This document shows, piece by piece, positions 9,188 through 18,257 of a stretch of 54,069 nucleotides of DNA. The DNA is from Candidatus Parcubacteria bacterium (GTDB lineage: Bacteria; Patescibacteriota; Minisyncoccia; Phycocordibacterales; UBA2100). Numbering within the stretch: position 1 is the first letter of the stretch; the number at the start of each line of letters is the position of its first letter. A program made the position numbers and the translations under genes. The notes below the pieces were generated by a model that was not told the origin of the DNA, did no database searches, and saw only the letters and a program-made list of their open reading frames with translations. The stretch covers positions 1 to 54,069 of the forward strand of contig QZIY01000024.1 of assembly GCA_003599175.1 (NCBI GenBank). The letters run 5' to 3'.

Positions 9188-10232
9188 TGGCGTTAAACGG
9201 CATTTCCTCCACGGCGAACCAACCGGGACGCGTCACGCCGTCGCTTGGGTAGCAAACTCCTTTTCCTTGCGTTGTATAAACCTTGCTTCCGCGTCGTATG
9301 AGAGCATTGATGACTTTTTTGGCCGGATGTTTTGGTGAGTCCGGTGGCGCGGAGATGTGTGCCTTCTCTGCTTTGATGAGGTTGAGCACCGTCGGGCCCA
9401 CATTGCGTTTGCTACCGTGGTGCGGTACGTCGAGGAGATGTAAATCGTTCAGCGCAATTCCTTGGCTCGCGGCGCAAGCTGCTGCCTGCATGAGCGCGTC
9501 GATATCGGCATCGCCGGTGAATAGTATCTTGTTCGTACCGAGCGTGAACAAAATCACCGTGCTTGAGCTATTTTCCGCACTAAAGTGCCCACCCTCGTCG
9601 GTCAGTGTTTCTATCTCCATCGTCTCTGCGACCCATTCAACGGCTTCTTCTACCGCGTGAACCGCTGTCGTCAGGATATGACCCAAGGTCGGCGTCGGCG
9701 ATTCTGCGGCCTCGGGCAGCGTGCGGTAATGCGGCAACATGTTTTGGTAATGCTCGCGTGAGGGCCCGAGCACACGAATCATTCCATCCAAGTATATGTC
9801 CCCAGCAAACGGCTCGATGACTGGAACTTTCTTACGCGCAGCGATCTTATTCAGCTCGTGCACGAACTCAAGCTCCTCTCTCGCTTTGCGCTGCAAGCCG
9901 AGTGTCGTCAAACCTCGGTTCTCGAAGAGATGTCTGATGTTCTCGGCATGGTCCCACGGTTTGTGCATAACAAGCGCTCTCACGTCCATATTCTCTAGCA
10001 CTTCTGTAAGTCCAGATGCGTGATCGCCGTCGGGGTGCGTTGAAATGACCGCGTTGACTGTAGAGGTACTGTAATATTGCTGAATATGACTCACCAAAGC
10101 TTTGCCCGAGTCTTTGGTTCCACCATCAATTACAAACACATACTGACCTGTTTGGTCCCATACTCGGAGAGTAGCCGCATCGCCACCCTTCGATCCAGTT
10201 CCTACCGGCAAAAAATCTACTTCAAAATTCAT
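9174..10232 (-). CDS. MBL-fold metallo-hydrolase (ComEC/Rec2 C-terminal-domain-like)
   Basis: ISTHPDGDHASGL (HxHxDH-type motif), FTGDAD, DVPHHGSKRN. ATG 10232 sits 7 nt after extended -10 TGgTAGTAT. Confidence 0.75.
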   Translation of the reverse strand: MNFEVDFLPVGTGSKGGDAATLRVWDQTGQYVFVIDGGTKDSGKALVSHIQQYYSTSTVNAVISTHPDGDHASGLTEVLENMDVRALVMHKPWDHAENIRHLFENRGLTTLGLQRKAREELEFVHELNKIAARKKVPVIEPFAGDIYLDGMIRVLGPSREHYQNMLPHYRTLPEAAESPTPTLGHILTTAVHAVEEAVEWVAETMEIETLTDEGGHFSAENSSSTVILFTLGTNKILFTGDADIDALMQAAACAASQGIALNDLHLLDVPHHGSKRNVGPTVLNLIKAEKAHISAPPDSPKHPAKKVINALIRRGSKVYTTQGKGVCYPSDGVTRPGWFAVEEMPFNASVEN

Positions 10233-10288
10233 CCGGGCAATACTACCACCGTGCACGCTTCATATACAGCAAAGACTCACAGCTCTTT

Positions 10289-11623
10289 TTATTTCTCCAG
10301 CGTCACCAATCCTTTCGTGAGTACCAGTTTGCTTTTGATACACAGCAGTAATTCACGCTTCTCGGTCACGCTACCTTCTTTGAGCAGGTACTTTGCGTAA
10401 TCGCGCAGGTCAATTTCTTTTTGTGGCTTGGCCTCCGCTGCAGTACCGGTAAAGGCACGCTGGAACTTCCGCATGCGCTCCACCTCCGCCTCGAATTTCT
10501 CCCGCATGCTGATGTTGTTGAGATCGATCTTGTCCATAATCTTTACCGTCTGCGTAATCAACTCTTCCTCGCGCACGTAGCCATTCTTACAATCCCTGTC
10601 CCGTGCGCGCGTGCAGCCGTAGTAGACGTAGCGATTGGAACTGCCATCTTTCAGCTTCTTGAATTTCTCCTCCGCGGTGATGCCCGATCCGCACGCTCCG
10701 CATAGCATGAGTTTGATAAAGGCGAACTCTTTAATATCCGAGCGTATGATGCGGTCGCGCTTCAACTGTTCCTGCACTTTGTCGAACAATTCCTTGGTGA
10801 TGAGCGGTTGGTGTTTGCCGTCGTACCAGATGCCGCTCTTAACTGGGTACTCGAAAACACCGTAGTAAAAGGGATTTTGGAGTACGACGTACACACTGCT
10901 CAACGTCATGTTTTTGTTCCCTCGACTCTTGAAGTTGATCTCGAACTTGAGCCACTGGTATATTTTCCTGCCGCTCCATTTTTCGTTCGCTACTTTCTCG
11001 AACATCTGCTTTACCACTGGCGCTCGCAGAGCATCTACCACCGCGTGGCATTTTCGATCCATGTGTTTCTCGTTGCTGTAGCCGACCGGCGCGACACCGG
11101 GACGTAGTCCCATCTCGCAGCGGGTTCGTAGCCCCCGCTTCACATTCACGCCACGATTGTCGTTCTCGAGCTTTGCTTGCGAGCCGAGAATCATGAGAAG
11201 AAACTTCTCGTTCGGATTATTCCTAAAGCTCTGACTGTGCGTCCGTATCTCTTGTAGTCCACCCGCGTCCATGAGGTCGACTATCTTGCCGAGGTCACCC
11301 GCGTTTCTACTAATACGATCCGGTGCCCACGTTAGGATGCCGTTGTATTTACCGGCCCGCAGGTCCTCGACTATCTCATTGAAGACCGGTCGTGTGCCAG
11401 TCTCTTTTGCCGAGTGGCTCTCTCGCTTCATCTCCACGATCTCCAGCCCCTCTCGATCAGCGAGCTGGAGCATCTCCTTAATTTGCGAGTCGATGGAGAG
11501 CACTTGGCGCTCCTCCGACTCAGTGCTCTTTCTTGCATAGAGGCAGTATTTGACCTTAACGGGCTGCGCTTGGGGTTGCCTCCTAATGTCCCCCAGAGCA
11601 GGCCTTGGCACTATATTTTCCAT
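10289..11623 (-). CDS. large serine recombinase (copy 1)
   Basis: Resolvase catalytic N-terminus YARKSTESEERQVLSIDSQ...DRISRN, recombinase domain, Zn-ribbon CGACG...YYGC, coiled-coil tail. ATG taken at 11623; the ORF track TTG is at 11704. Confidence 0.85.
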   Translation of the reverse strand: MENIVPRPALGDIRRQPQAQPVKVKYCLYARKSTESEERQVLSIDSQIKEMLQLADREGLEIVEMKRESHSAKETGTRPVFNEIVEDLRAGKYNGILTWAPDRISRNAGDLGKIVDLMDAGGLQEIRTHSQSFRNNPNEKFLLMILGSQAKLENDNRGVNVKRGLRTRCEMGLRPGVAPVGYSNEKHMDRKCHAVVDALRAPVVKQMFEKVANEKWSGRKIYQWLKFEINFKSRGNKNMTLSSVYVVLQNPFYYGVFEYPVKSGIWYDGKHQPLITKELFDKVQEQLKRDRIIRSDIKEFAFIKLMLCGACGSGITAEEKFKKLKDGSSNRYVYYGCTRARDRDCKNGYVREEELITQTVKIMDKIDLNNISMREKFEAEVERMRKFQRAFTGTAAEAKPQKEIDLRDYAKYLLKEGSVTEKRELLLCIKSKLVLTKGLVTLEK

Positions 11624-11768
11624 ACACCACAAGGGATGACGCAGACCCTTGAAGGAGTCCAGGGCGTCCGAGAGGGCCGAGGTGTTGGTAACTTGCCCAC
11701 GCAATACGACGTTTAATCAATGCATCAACAGCTTCGCTTTCTATCCGAAGCTCGTTATACTATTTTCA

Positions 11769-12176
11769 ATGTTTGTCCGTATCGACAACCGATCCAGAGT
11801 ATTTGTCACTGTTGCTATCGTCGCGTTCTTGATGGTGGGAGTATTCGGGATTTTCCACGGCATGGATATGAGCTCGAGCGAGCAGATGTCCAACTGTCCT
11901 TTTATTATGGGAATTGCGGCGATCTGTAATATGTCGCCCTTTGAACACATAGCAGCGTGGCAGAACATGTTTGCATCGATTCCTCAGCAGACCACTGTAC
12001 TTACACTCTTACTTCTTGCGCTCTCGTTTGCGTTTTCGCGGCTCCTCTTATTTGCATTTCCGAGAGATGGTGATCAGGAACCACAGCGTCTCCTTTATGC
12101 AGATCGAGAACCAAAAGCCATCGATCCGTTACGACTTGCACTCGCCCGAGGCATAATTCATCCGAAGATTTTCTAG
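11769..12176 (+). CDS. membrane protein, function unknown
   Basis: 135 aa from MFVRIDNRSR. TATACT lies 7 nt upstream. TM segments present; no recognised domain. Confidence 0.4.
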   Translation: MFVRIDNRSRVFVTVAIVAFLMVGVFGIFHGMDMSSSEQMSNCPFIMGIAAICNMSPFEHIAAWQNMFASIPQQTTVLTLLLLALSFAFSRLLLFAFPRDGDQEPQRLLYADREPKAIDPLRLALARGIIHPKIF

Positions 12177-12232
12177 TGATCGTTGAATGGGCGTAGCTCT
12201 ATGCTTGCGTCTTTATTATCTCAGCAGTCACT

Positions 12233-12952
12233 ATGGAACCACAATTGAAACAAAATAATCTTGCTATCCCACTTGCGATCGTTATCGCGGGCGCTTTGAT
12301 CGCCGCTGCCGTCTACTTCGGCAACGCTGGTGCGGGTGGAGCGAGTGCCCTCCAGCCTCAAGGTGCGGAACAGCTTACGGGCGACCTCGAACAGATGAAG
12401 CCCATCTCTGCGGATGACCACATTCGCGGCAATCTAAACGCACCGGTTAAGATCGTGGAATATTCAGATCCCGAGTGTCCGTTCTGCAAACGCTTCCACG
12501 ACACGATGAAGCAAGTCATGAACGAATACGGTAAAGACGGAAAAGTTGCATGGGTCTACCGCAATTTTCCGCTTGATCAGCTCCACCCGAAGGCGCGCAG
12601 CGAAGCGACGGCTATTGAATGTGCCGGAGAGCTTGGCGGCAATGACAAATTCTGGGCATATGCGGATCGTCTCTACGAAGTCACACCATCAAATAATGGA
12701 CTCGACCCAATGGAGCTTCATAACATTGCGCAGTATGTTGGCCTTGACATGACCAAATTCAACACTTGCCTTACCAGCGACACGTTCGCACAGCACATTG
12801 AAGATGATGTTCAGAACGCAGTCGCTACCGGAGGCAATGGAACCCCATGGAGCATTGTCGTAGCCCCAAGCGGCAAAAAGTATCCGCTCTCGGGAGCACA
12901 GCCATACGAATCGGTTAAGCAACTCATCGAAATCGCGCTGAAAGACAAGTAA
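12233..12952 (+). CDS. DsbA-family thiol:disulfide oxidoreductase (membrane-anchored thioredoxin fold)
   Basis: N-terminal TM, active site CPFC, DsbA-like GTPWSIV. cis-Pro region. Confidence 0.8.
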   Translation: MEPQLKQNNLAIPLAIVIAGALIAAAVYFGNAGAGGASALQPQGAEQLTGDLEQMKPISADDHIRGNLNAPVKIVEYSDPECPFCKRFHDTMKQVMNEYGKDGKVAWVYRNFPLDQLHPKARSEATAIECAGELGGNDKFWAYADRLYEVTPSNNGLDPMELHNIAQYVGLDMTKFNTCLTSDTFAQHIEDDVQNAVATGGNGTPWSIVVAPSGKKYPLSGAQPYESVKQLIEIALKDK

Positions 12953-12958
12953 GCACCT

Positions 12959-13483
12959 ATGCGAGCCATTCTCAGAATATTCACAAACGTGCATTCGACG
13001 CTTCTTGCGCTCGCGGTGTCGCTGTTTGTGTTTGTGCTTGCGGTGTGGCTCCCGAATCTGCGCTTGTTGTTCCAGGTGTGGACAGATGCGTCAGTTTCGC
13101 TAGGAGATAAAGTCGCGCTTCCGATCAACTTGTTGCCTTCCATCGCCACTAACTTCACGCCCCTATCGGCCTCGTACACCATCGCAATCGCCATTCTCAC
13201 CGGTATCAACGTGGCTCTCATAATCCATCTGATTAAGACAAGGGGGATGCTCGGACAAGGCACTGTAGTTGGCGCTTCGGGCATATTCACTGGCGCGTTA
13301 GGGCTTGGATGTGCTGCCTGCGGCTCGATAATTCTGACATCACTTGTCGGCACGGCGGGCGGAGTAGGCATACTCGCCCTACTGCCACTTCGTGGAAGCG
13401 AGTTTGGCATCATCGGTGTCGTGCTCCTTGGGTATTCCACCTACTTGTTAGCAAAACAAATCAACAAACCACTGGTTTGTTAA
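12959..13483 (+). CDS. polytopic membrane protein with intramembrane CxxC (possible DsbB/VKOR-like partner)
   Basis: GALGLGCAACGSIILT within a TM segment, directly downstream of the DsbA-like gene. The function is inference only. Confidence 0.4.
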   Translation: MRAILRIFTNVHSTLLALAVSLFVFVLAVWLPNLRLLFQVWTDASVSLGDKVALPINLLPSIATNFTPLSASYTIAIAILTGINVALIIHLIKTRGMLGQGTVVGASGIFTGALGLGCAACGSIILTSLVGTAGGVGILALLPLRGSEFGIIGVVLLGYSTYLLAKQINKPLVC

Positions 13484-13502
13484 TTAAAACGGCTCTTAAA
13501 CT

Positions 13503-13934
13503 ATGAAAAATATAAAAACATCTTACATTCTTATCGGACTCGCAGTGCTCATCATCGGCGGATTCGGCTTAAGTAAATACCTGCAATCGAGTGATCCAAA
13601 TGTCGTCTCACAAAGTGGCTTTCATTGGCATCCTACGCTCACTATTTATGTGAAGGGAGAAAAACAAGAGGTACCGGCAAATATCGGTATCGGTGCTGTG
13701 CATCAACCGATGCATACGCATACTGAAGATGCCGCAGCGGGCGTGATTCATCTCGAATTTGCCGGAGCTGCGAAGAGAGAAGACCTTATGCTCGGGCAGT
13801 TCTTTAGGAATTGGGGTAAAGAGTTTAATTCATTCGGAACGAGCGTGAAGATGACCGTGAACGGGAAAGAAAACACCGAATTGGAAAATTACGTCCTACA
13901 AGAGAAAGACAGAATCGAACTCCGATACGAGTAG
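13503..13934 (+). CDS. membrane-anchored extracytoplasmic protein with His-rich patch
   Basis: N-terminal TM, then FHWHPTL and HQPMHTHTED motifs. No recognised family. Confidence 0.45.
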   Translation: MKNIKTSYILIGLAVLIIGGFGLSKYLQSSDPNVVSQSGFHWHPTLTIYVKGEKQEVPANIGIGAVHQPMHTHTEDAAAGVIHLEFAGAAKREDLMLGQFFRNWGKEFNSFGTSVKMTVNGKENTELENYVLQEKDRIELRYE

Positions 13935-13948
13935 GCCACTTGTGCTTC

Positions 13949-13965
13949 ATACCCTATAGGGGTAT
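13949..13965. promoter_or_regulatory. CsoR-type operator (GC-tract pseudo-palindrome)
   Basis: ATACCCTATAGGGGTAT lies 12 nt upstream of the 13977 ATG and resembles known CsoR operators (TACCC-N-GGGGTA). Confidence 0.5.
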
Positions 13966-13976
13966 CATGTGGACAT

Positions 13977-14249
13977 ATGAAAGCGAACGCAAAGAAAAAC
14001 GTACTCCGACGTCTTAGTCTCATTAGAGGACAGATTAATGGACTCATTAAAATGGTTGAGAACGAGCGCTATTGTATTGATATCATTACTCAATCAAGCG
14101 CAATTAAGGAAGCGCTATCGGGCGTTCAGGACGTGATGCTTGAGAACCATCTTACAACGCATGTCATTCATCAGATCAAGAACGGGGAGAGCAAGAAGGC
14201 GACTGCTGAAATATTGAAAATGTACAAGCTAGCGCAGAAGAAAAAGTAA
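13977..14249 (+). CDS. CsoR/RcnR-family (DUF156) metal-sensing repressor, copy 1
   Basis: RLSLIRGQINGLIKMVENERYCIDIITQ...LENHLTTHV. Ligand fingerprint read as x-C-H-H. Confidence 0.85.
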   Translation: MKANAKKNVLRRLSLIRGQINGLIKMVENERYCIDIITQSSAIKEALSGVQDVMLENHLTTHVIHQIKNGESKKATAEILKMYKLAQKKK

Positions 14250-14250
14250 T

Positions 14251-14907
14251 ATGCAGCAACTCATCGCACATTCCGGCACTTGGATTCTCGCGATCATCTT
14301 TGTGGTGATCGCCTCGTGGATCTTCTATCGTTATTTCGCGCCGAAGACGTGGCACGAGTGGGCGGGAGCTGGGCTTGTGCAGGCCTTTATTATCGCGCTT
14401 TATGCCGAGATGTACGGCTTTCCGCTCACAATCTATCTTCTTGTCCGATTCTTCGGCCTCGATCGTACCGTGCTCAACGCCAATCTCTGGTCGACGCTCC
14501 TCGGGATGGGAGAAACCGGCATGTTTATCTCTATGATCATCGGCTACGCGCTGCTGTTTGTCGGCATCGGATTGTTCGCCGAAGGGTGGCGCGAACTCTA
14601 TCGCGCCCATGAAGAAAAGCGCCTTGCTACTGATGGCTTGTATGGACTCGTCAGGCATCCACAGTATACAGGCCTCTTCATCGGCCTCTTTGGCGAGGGT
14701 GTGGTGCACTGGCCCACCATCTTTTCGGTTGTGCTGTTTCCGATAATCGTGCTCGCTTATATCCTACTGGCGTATCGAGAAGAGCGACGCATGCTTCAAG
14801 AGTTCGGAGAAAGCTATCGCGTGTACAAAGAGCGCACGCCGATGTTTTTCCCCGGCAAGCGTCAGTGGCGGCAATTTATTAAATTATCACAAGGAACAAA
14901 CATATGA
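14251..14907 (+). CDS. isoprenylcysteine carboxyl / phospholipid methyltransferase family membrane protein
   Basis: LATDGLYGLVRHPQYTG...REERRMLQEFGESY. Polytopic. Confidence 0.7.
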   Translation: MQQLIAHSGTWILAIIFVVIASWIFYRYFAPKTWHEWAGAGLVQAFIIALYAEMYGFPLTIYLLVRFFGLDRTVLNANLWSTLLGMGETGMFISMIIGYALLFVGIGLFAEGWRELYRAHEEKRLATDGLYGLVRHPQYTGLFIGLFGEGVVHWPTIFSVVLFPIIVLAYILLAYREERRMLQEFGESYRVYKERTPMFFPGKRQWRQFIKLSQGTNI

Positions 14908-15107
14908 ATAAACAAACTATACGCTGGATACTCATCGGTCTTCTCGTAATCGTCGGGCTTTATCTCGTGATCGACCACGGCCAGCACCTTATTCCGTACC
15001 TCCCATTCGCGTTTCTTCTCGGCTGTCTCGTTATGCACCTTTTCATGCACGGCAGTCACGGTGGGCACGGCGGCCATCACGACGACTCGACGAATAAATC
15101 ACAATGA
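14904..15107 (+). CDS. DUF2933-like small membrane protein with His-rich tail
   Basis: 67 aa, 2 TM, HLFMHGSHGGHGGHHDD. Overlaps its neighbours by 4 nt at each end. Confidence 0.5.
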   Translation: MNKQTIRWILIGLLVIVGLYLVIDHGQHLIPYLPFAFLLGCLVMHLFMHGSHGGHGGHHDDSTNKSQ

Positions 15108-15802
15108 ACATACACTATGCCTGGCTGACATGGAGCTTGATATTGCTCGGCATCTGGCTCGTGATATACGCGACGCTGGATTCGAAGGAAAAGAAGCGCG
15201 AGATGCTTGTGGTGAGCCTGTGGACATCGCTCCTCGGCCTTTCGGAGCCGATTTTTGTACCCGCCTACTGGTCGCCGCCGTCACTTTTTAATCTTGCGCT
15301 CACGACACGGTTCGATATCGAAAGCCTCATCTTTGCATTCGCGATCGGCGGAGGCGCTTCGCTCATTTACGAGCGGATATTTGCGACACGCCACGAAGTC
15401 GTGCCGCCTTCTGCCCGGCATGATCCGCGTCATCGCTACCACGCATGGGCGCTTCTCTCGGCTCCGATCGTGTTTGGCATCCTCTATGTCGCAACGAGCC
15501 TCAACCCCATCTACAGCGCGTCTATCGCATTAGTGGTAGGCGGGGTTGCCTCTCTGTATTGCCGCCCCGACCTTTGGAAAAAGATGCTCGTGAGCGCATG
15601 CATCTTTCTCGTCCTCTATTTCTTGTACTTTGGAACGCTTATCGCTCTCTACCCAGGATACGTGGAGCAGGTGTGGAATCTCAAAGCCATCTCCGGCATC
15701 CTCGTCATCGGCGTTCCGATCGAGGAGCTACTGTTTGCACTCAGCTTCGGGTTCCTCTGGTCGAGCATCTATGAGCATTTCACGTGGCGAGCCGTGCGAT
15801 AG
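15104..15802 (+). CDS. polytopic membrane protein, function unknown
   Basis: About 7 TM. The GVPIEELLF motif is reminiscent of lycopene-cyclase-domain proteins, but this is a weak call. Confidence 0.4.
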   Translation: MNIHYAWLTWSLILLGIWLVIYATLDSKEKKREMLVVSLWTSLLGLSEPIFVPAYWSPPSLFNLALTTRFDIESLIFAFAIGGGASLIYERIFATRHEVVPPSARHDPRHRYHAWALLSAPIVFGILYVATSLNPIYSASIALVVGGVASLYCRPDLWKKMLVSACIFLVLYFLYFGTLIALYPGYVEQVWNLKAISGILVIGVPIEELLFALSFGFLWSSIYEHFTWRAVR

Positions 15803-15809
15803 CAATTAT

Positions 15810-16667
15810 ATGAAAAAAGAAATACACATTACCAAAGCATCCGGTGAACAAGAGTTATTCTCTGAAGCAAAGCTGCGTCGTTCATTGCAACGAGTCCATG
15901 CGTCACCTGATACGATCGATACGGTTGTCGTGCAAGTTGAAGCCGAATTGCGGCAGGGCATGAGCACGGCGGACATATACCGTAAGGCATTTTCGCTCCT
16001 TAGGAAAAAGAGCCGCCCCACCGCCGCGCGCTACAGTTTGAAAAACGCGTTGATGGAACTCGGCCCCACAGGTCGTCCGTTCGAGCATTTTGTCGGAGAA
16101 CTCCTAAAGTCGGAAGGGTTTAATGTCGAGGTGGCGCGAATCGTGCCAGGTGTCTGCGTCAAACATGAGGTGGATGTGGTCGGGACGAAGGGCGATCGGC
16201 ACATTATGGTTGAGTGTAAATTTCATAACAGACCGGGACTTCGCTCCGACGTAAAAATCTCGCTCTACGTACAAGCGCGATTTGAGGACATTGAGCGCCG
16301 ATGGAAAAAAGAGCCGCAGCACGTCAAGAAATTTCACGAAGTATGGCTCGTCACGAACACCAAACTCACGTCCGATGCGACTGATTATGCGAAGTGCGTC
16401 GGCATGACCGCGATCGGTTGGAGTTACCCGCAAGGTAATAGTCTTGAGAACCGCATCGAGCGCGCCGGACTACACCCCGTCACATGTCTCACAACCCTCA
16501 CGCGCTTTCAAAAGAACGCCCTGATGCAGAAAGGTGTCTATCTATGCAAAGAATTACTTGTACGCACTGACGTCTTATCGTCTGTTGGCATAAAAGAAGA
16601 TGCTACCGAGAAGATTCTTAACGAAACGCGACAACTTTGCCAGAAAACAAAATTGTATGAAGAATAA
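15810..16667 (+). CDS. ATP-cone domain fused to Mrr/PD-(D/E)xK restriction-endonuclease-like domain (copy 1)
   Basis: ATP-cone IHITKASGEQELFSEAKLRRSLQRV...TADIYRKAF. Nuclease core HEVDVVG...IMVECKFH. 285 aa, the same length as paralog 19305..20162. Confidence 0.75.
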   Translation: MKKEIHITKASGEQELFSEAKLRRSLQRVHASPDTIDTVVVQVEAELRQGMSTADIYRKAFSLLRKKSRPTAARYSLKNALMELGPTGRPFEHFVGELLKSEGFNVEVARIVPGVCVKHEVDVVGTKGDRHIMVECKFHNRPGLRSDVKISLYVQARFEDIERRWKKEPQHVKKFHEVWLVTNTKLTSDATDYAKCVGMTAIGWSYPQGNSLENRIERAGLHPVTCLTTLTRFQKNALMQKGVYLCKELLVRTDVLSSVGIKEDATEKILNETRQLCQKTKLYEE

Positions 16668-17403
16668 AATTATCAGCATCATAGTTAGCGTGGCAGTGCT
16701 TGGCGGCATTGGGTACTTTTTCTTTGAGCAAAATAAGGATGCTAATGTTCCCGCATCTCAACCCACTGAAGCTGAGGAGATTAAGGTTTCTCCCCAGGAG
16801 GCGCGTACCAGTGTCACGATAGATTCAGCGACGTTTACTAAAGGTGGCTATGTTGTTGTGCGAGGCAGCGACGGCAAGAGGATCGGTCAGGTTATTGAGA
16901 TCAGCAGCTATCTCCCAACTGGTACGCATACAAACATTACTATCGAGCTCGGAGCGTTTTACACGTACAACCAAGAGGATCAGCTTATCGCAATGATCTA
17001 TCACGATGATGGTGATAAGTCATTCAATGAACTCGATCAGCCGATTAACTCTTCAGCAGTTTTTGCAGAAACGGGTAACCCCGTAATTGCCTCTGTTTTT
17101 GAGCATGAAGTAGCTCCAAGCGACGGCATGGGTATGGTGACTGTTCGTTATACCAATACCGGATTCGAACCAGTAAAGCTCACCGTGCCAGTTGGCACGA
17201 TGGTCGAATTTATCAATCAAAGTGACGAGGAGATGTGGGTCGCATCTAATATGCATCCATCACACGAAATACTTTCGACCTTTGATCAATTTCAAGGAGT
17301 CGGAAAGAGCCAGAGCTACATGTACACCTTTGACAAGAAAGGGATATGGCCATACCACGATCACATAAATCCAGCATTGGAAGGAGTGATTACAGTCGAA
17401 TAA
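16657..17403 (+). CDS. membrane-anchored cupredoxin-like copper-binding protein
   Basis: N-terminal TM. C-terminal VEFINQSDEEMWVASNMHPSHE...GIWPYHDHINPALEGVITVE. Confidence 0.6.
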   Translation: MKNKIISIIVSVAVLGGIGYFFFEQNKDANVPASQPTEAEEIKVSPQEARTSVTIDSATFTKGGYVVVRGSDGKRIGQVIEISSYLPTGTHTNITIELGAFYTYNQEDQLIAMIYHDDGDKSFNELDQPINSSAVFAETGNPVIASVFEHEVAPSDGMGMVTVRYTNTGFEPVKLTVPVGTMVEFINQSDEEMWVASNMHPSHEILSTFDQFQGVGKSQSYMYTFDKKGIWPYHDHINPALEGVITVE

Positions 17404-17431
17404 AGGCATTAGTTATCCACAGAGCGACTGT

Positions 17432-17458
17432 TTGACAAATAGGGGGTAGGGGTATAAG
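17432..17458 (+). promoter_or_regulatory. putative promoter with G-tract operator-like spacer upstream of csoR copy 2
   Basis: TTGACA-aatagggggtagggg-TATAAG. The G-tracts TAGGGGGTAGGGGTAT resemble a CsoR operator half-site. Confidence 0.4.
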
Positions 17459-17502
17459 GTATTAGTAAAGGCCGATTATTATTATTAATAACTTATAAAC
17501 AT

Positions 17503-17784
17503 ATGCACCACAACGTAGATCAAAAAATTAAGGGTCGAGCCCTCCATCGGGCGAAGATCCTTCGGGGTCAATTCGATGGACTCATCAAGGCTATTGAGAA
17601 AGAGGAGTACTGCCCCACACTATTGGAACAGTCTCTCTCAATTCAAAGGTCGCTCAAAAGTCTCGACAGCTTTCTCCTTGAAAATCATTTGCGCTCGCAC
17701 GTAATGCATCAAATGCAAAGCAAGGGTGAGGACGAGAAAGCAGTTAAAGAGCTAATCAAGATTTATAACTTATCCAATAAATAA
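17503..17784 (+). CDS. CsoR/RcnR-family metal-sensing repressor, copy 2
   Basis: MHHN..., RAKILRGQFDGLIKAIEKEEYCPTLLEQ...LENHLRSHV. Fingerprint read as H-C-H-H (RcnR-like). Confidence 0.85.
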   Translation: MHHNVDQKIKGRALHRAKILRGQFDGLIKAIEKEEYCPTLLEQSLSIQRSLKSLDSFLLENHLRSHVMHQMQSKGEDEKAVKELIKIYNLSNK

Positions 17785-17786
17785 TT

Positions 17787-17990
17787 ATGTCTAGCAACAA
17801 TACAAAACAACTGAAAAAGGCTGGCATGCACATTGAACTTCCAAACAAAGCTATCGATGTGATCTGCGGTATGGAGGTCGATCCGGCGCAGACAAAACTG
17901 CATGTTGAGCACAAGGGAGAGGTCTATTATTTCTGTAGCATTGTATGCAAGAATCATTTCGTCAATGATCCTCAAAAATACGTCGGTTAA
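17787..17990 (+). CDS. YHS/TRASH-domain metal-binding protein
   Basis: DVICGMEVDP...YYFCSIVCKNHF. Confidence 0.8.
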   Translation: MSSNNTKQLKKAGMHIELPNKAIDVICGMEVDPAQTKLHVEHKGEVYYFCSIVCKNHFVNDPQKYVG

Positions 17991-18017
17991 TTAATAAATT
18001 AAACGTAATAAAAATAT

Positions 18018-18239
18018 ATGAAATTCTCAAAATTAATGCATGTTGCAAGTGTAATCGTTGGTTTTGCTGGGGTCATCTCATTTATTGGTGCCCTCGTCGG
18101 CGGTGGCGACAATCTCGTATTCGGTATTACAAAGGTCGATGCCTTGCTCTGTGCCGCGATCCTTATTCTTATCGCTATCTGGACCCAGATTGCAACGATC
18201 CATCACATGATGCTTGAGAAGCGTGGAGAGATAGTTTAA
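18018..18239 (+). CDS. small 2-TM membrane protein (tandem paralog A)
   Basis: MKFSKLMHVASV... pairs with MKLSKIMHTASI... in the next gene. The upstream sequence AAAATATATGAAATT is also duplicated. Confidence 0.5.
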   Translation: MKFSKLMHVASVIVGFAGVISFIGALVGGGDNLVFGITKVDALLCAAILILIAIWTQIATIHHMMLEKRGEIV

Positions 18240-18257
18240 TCAATTAATTCAAAATAT

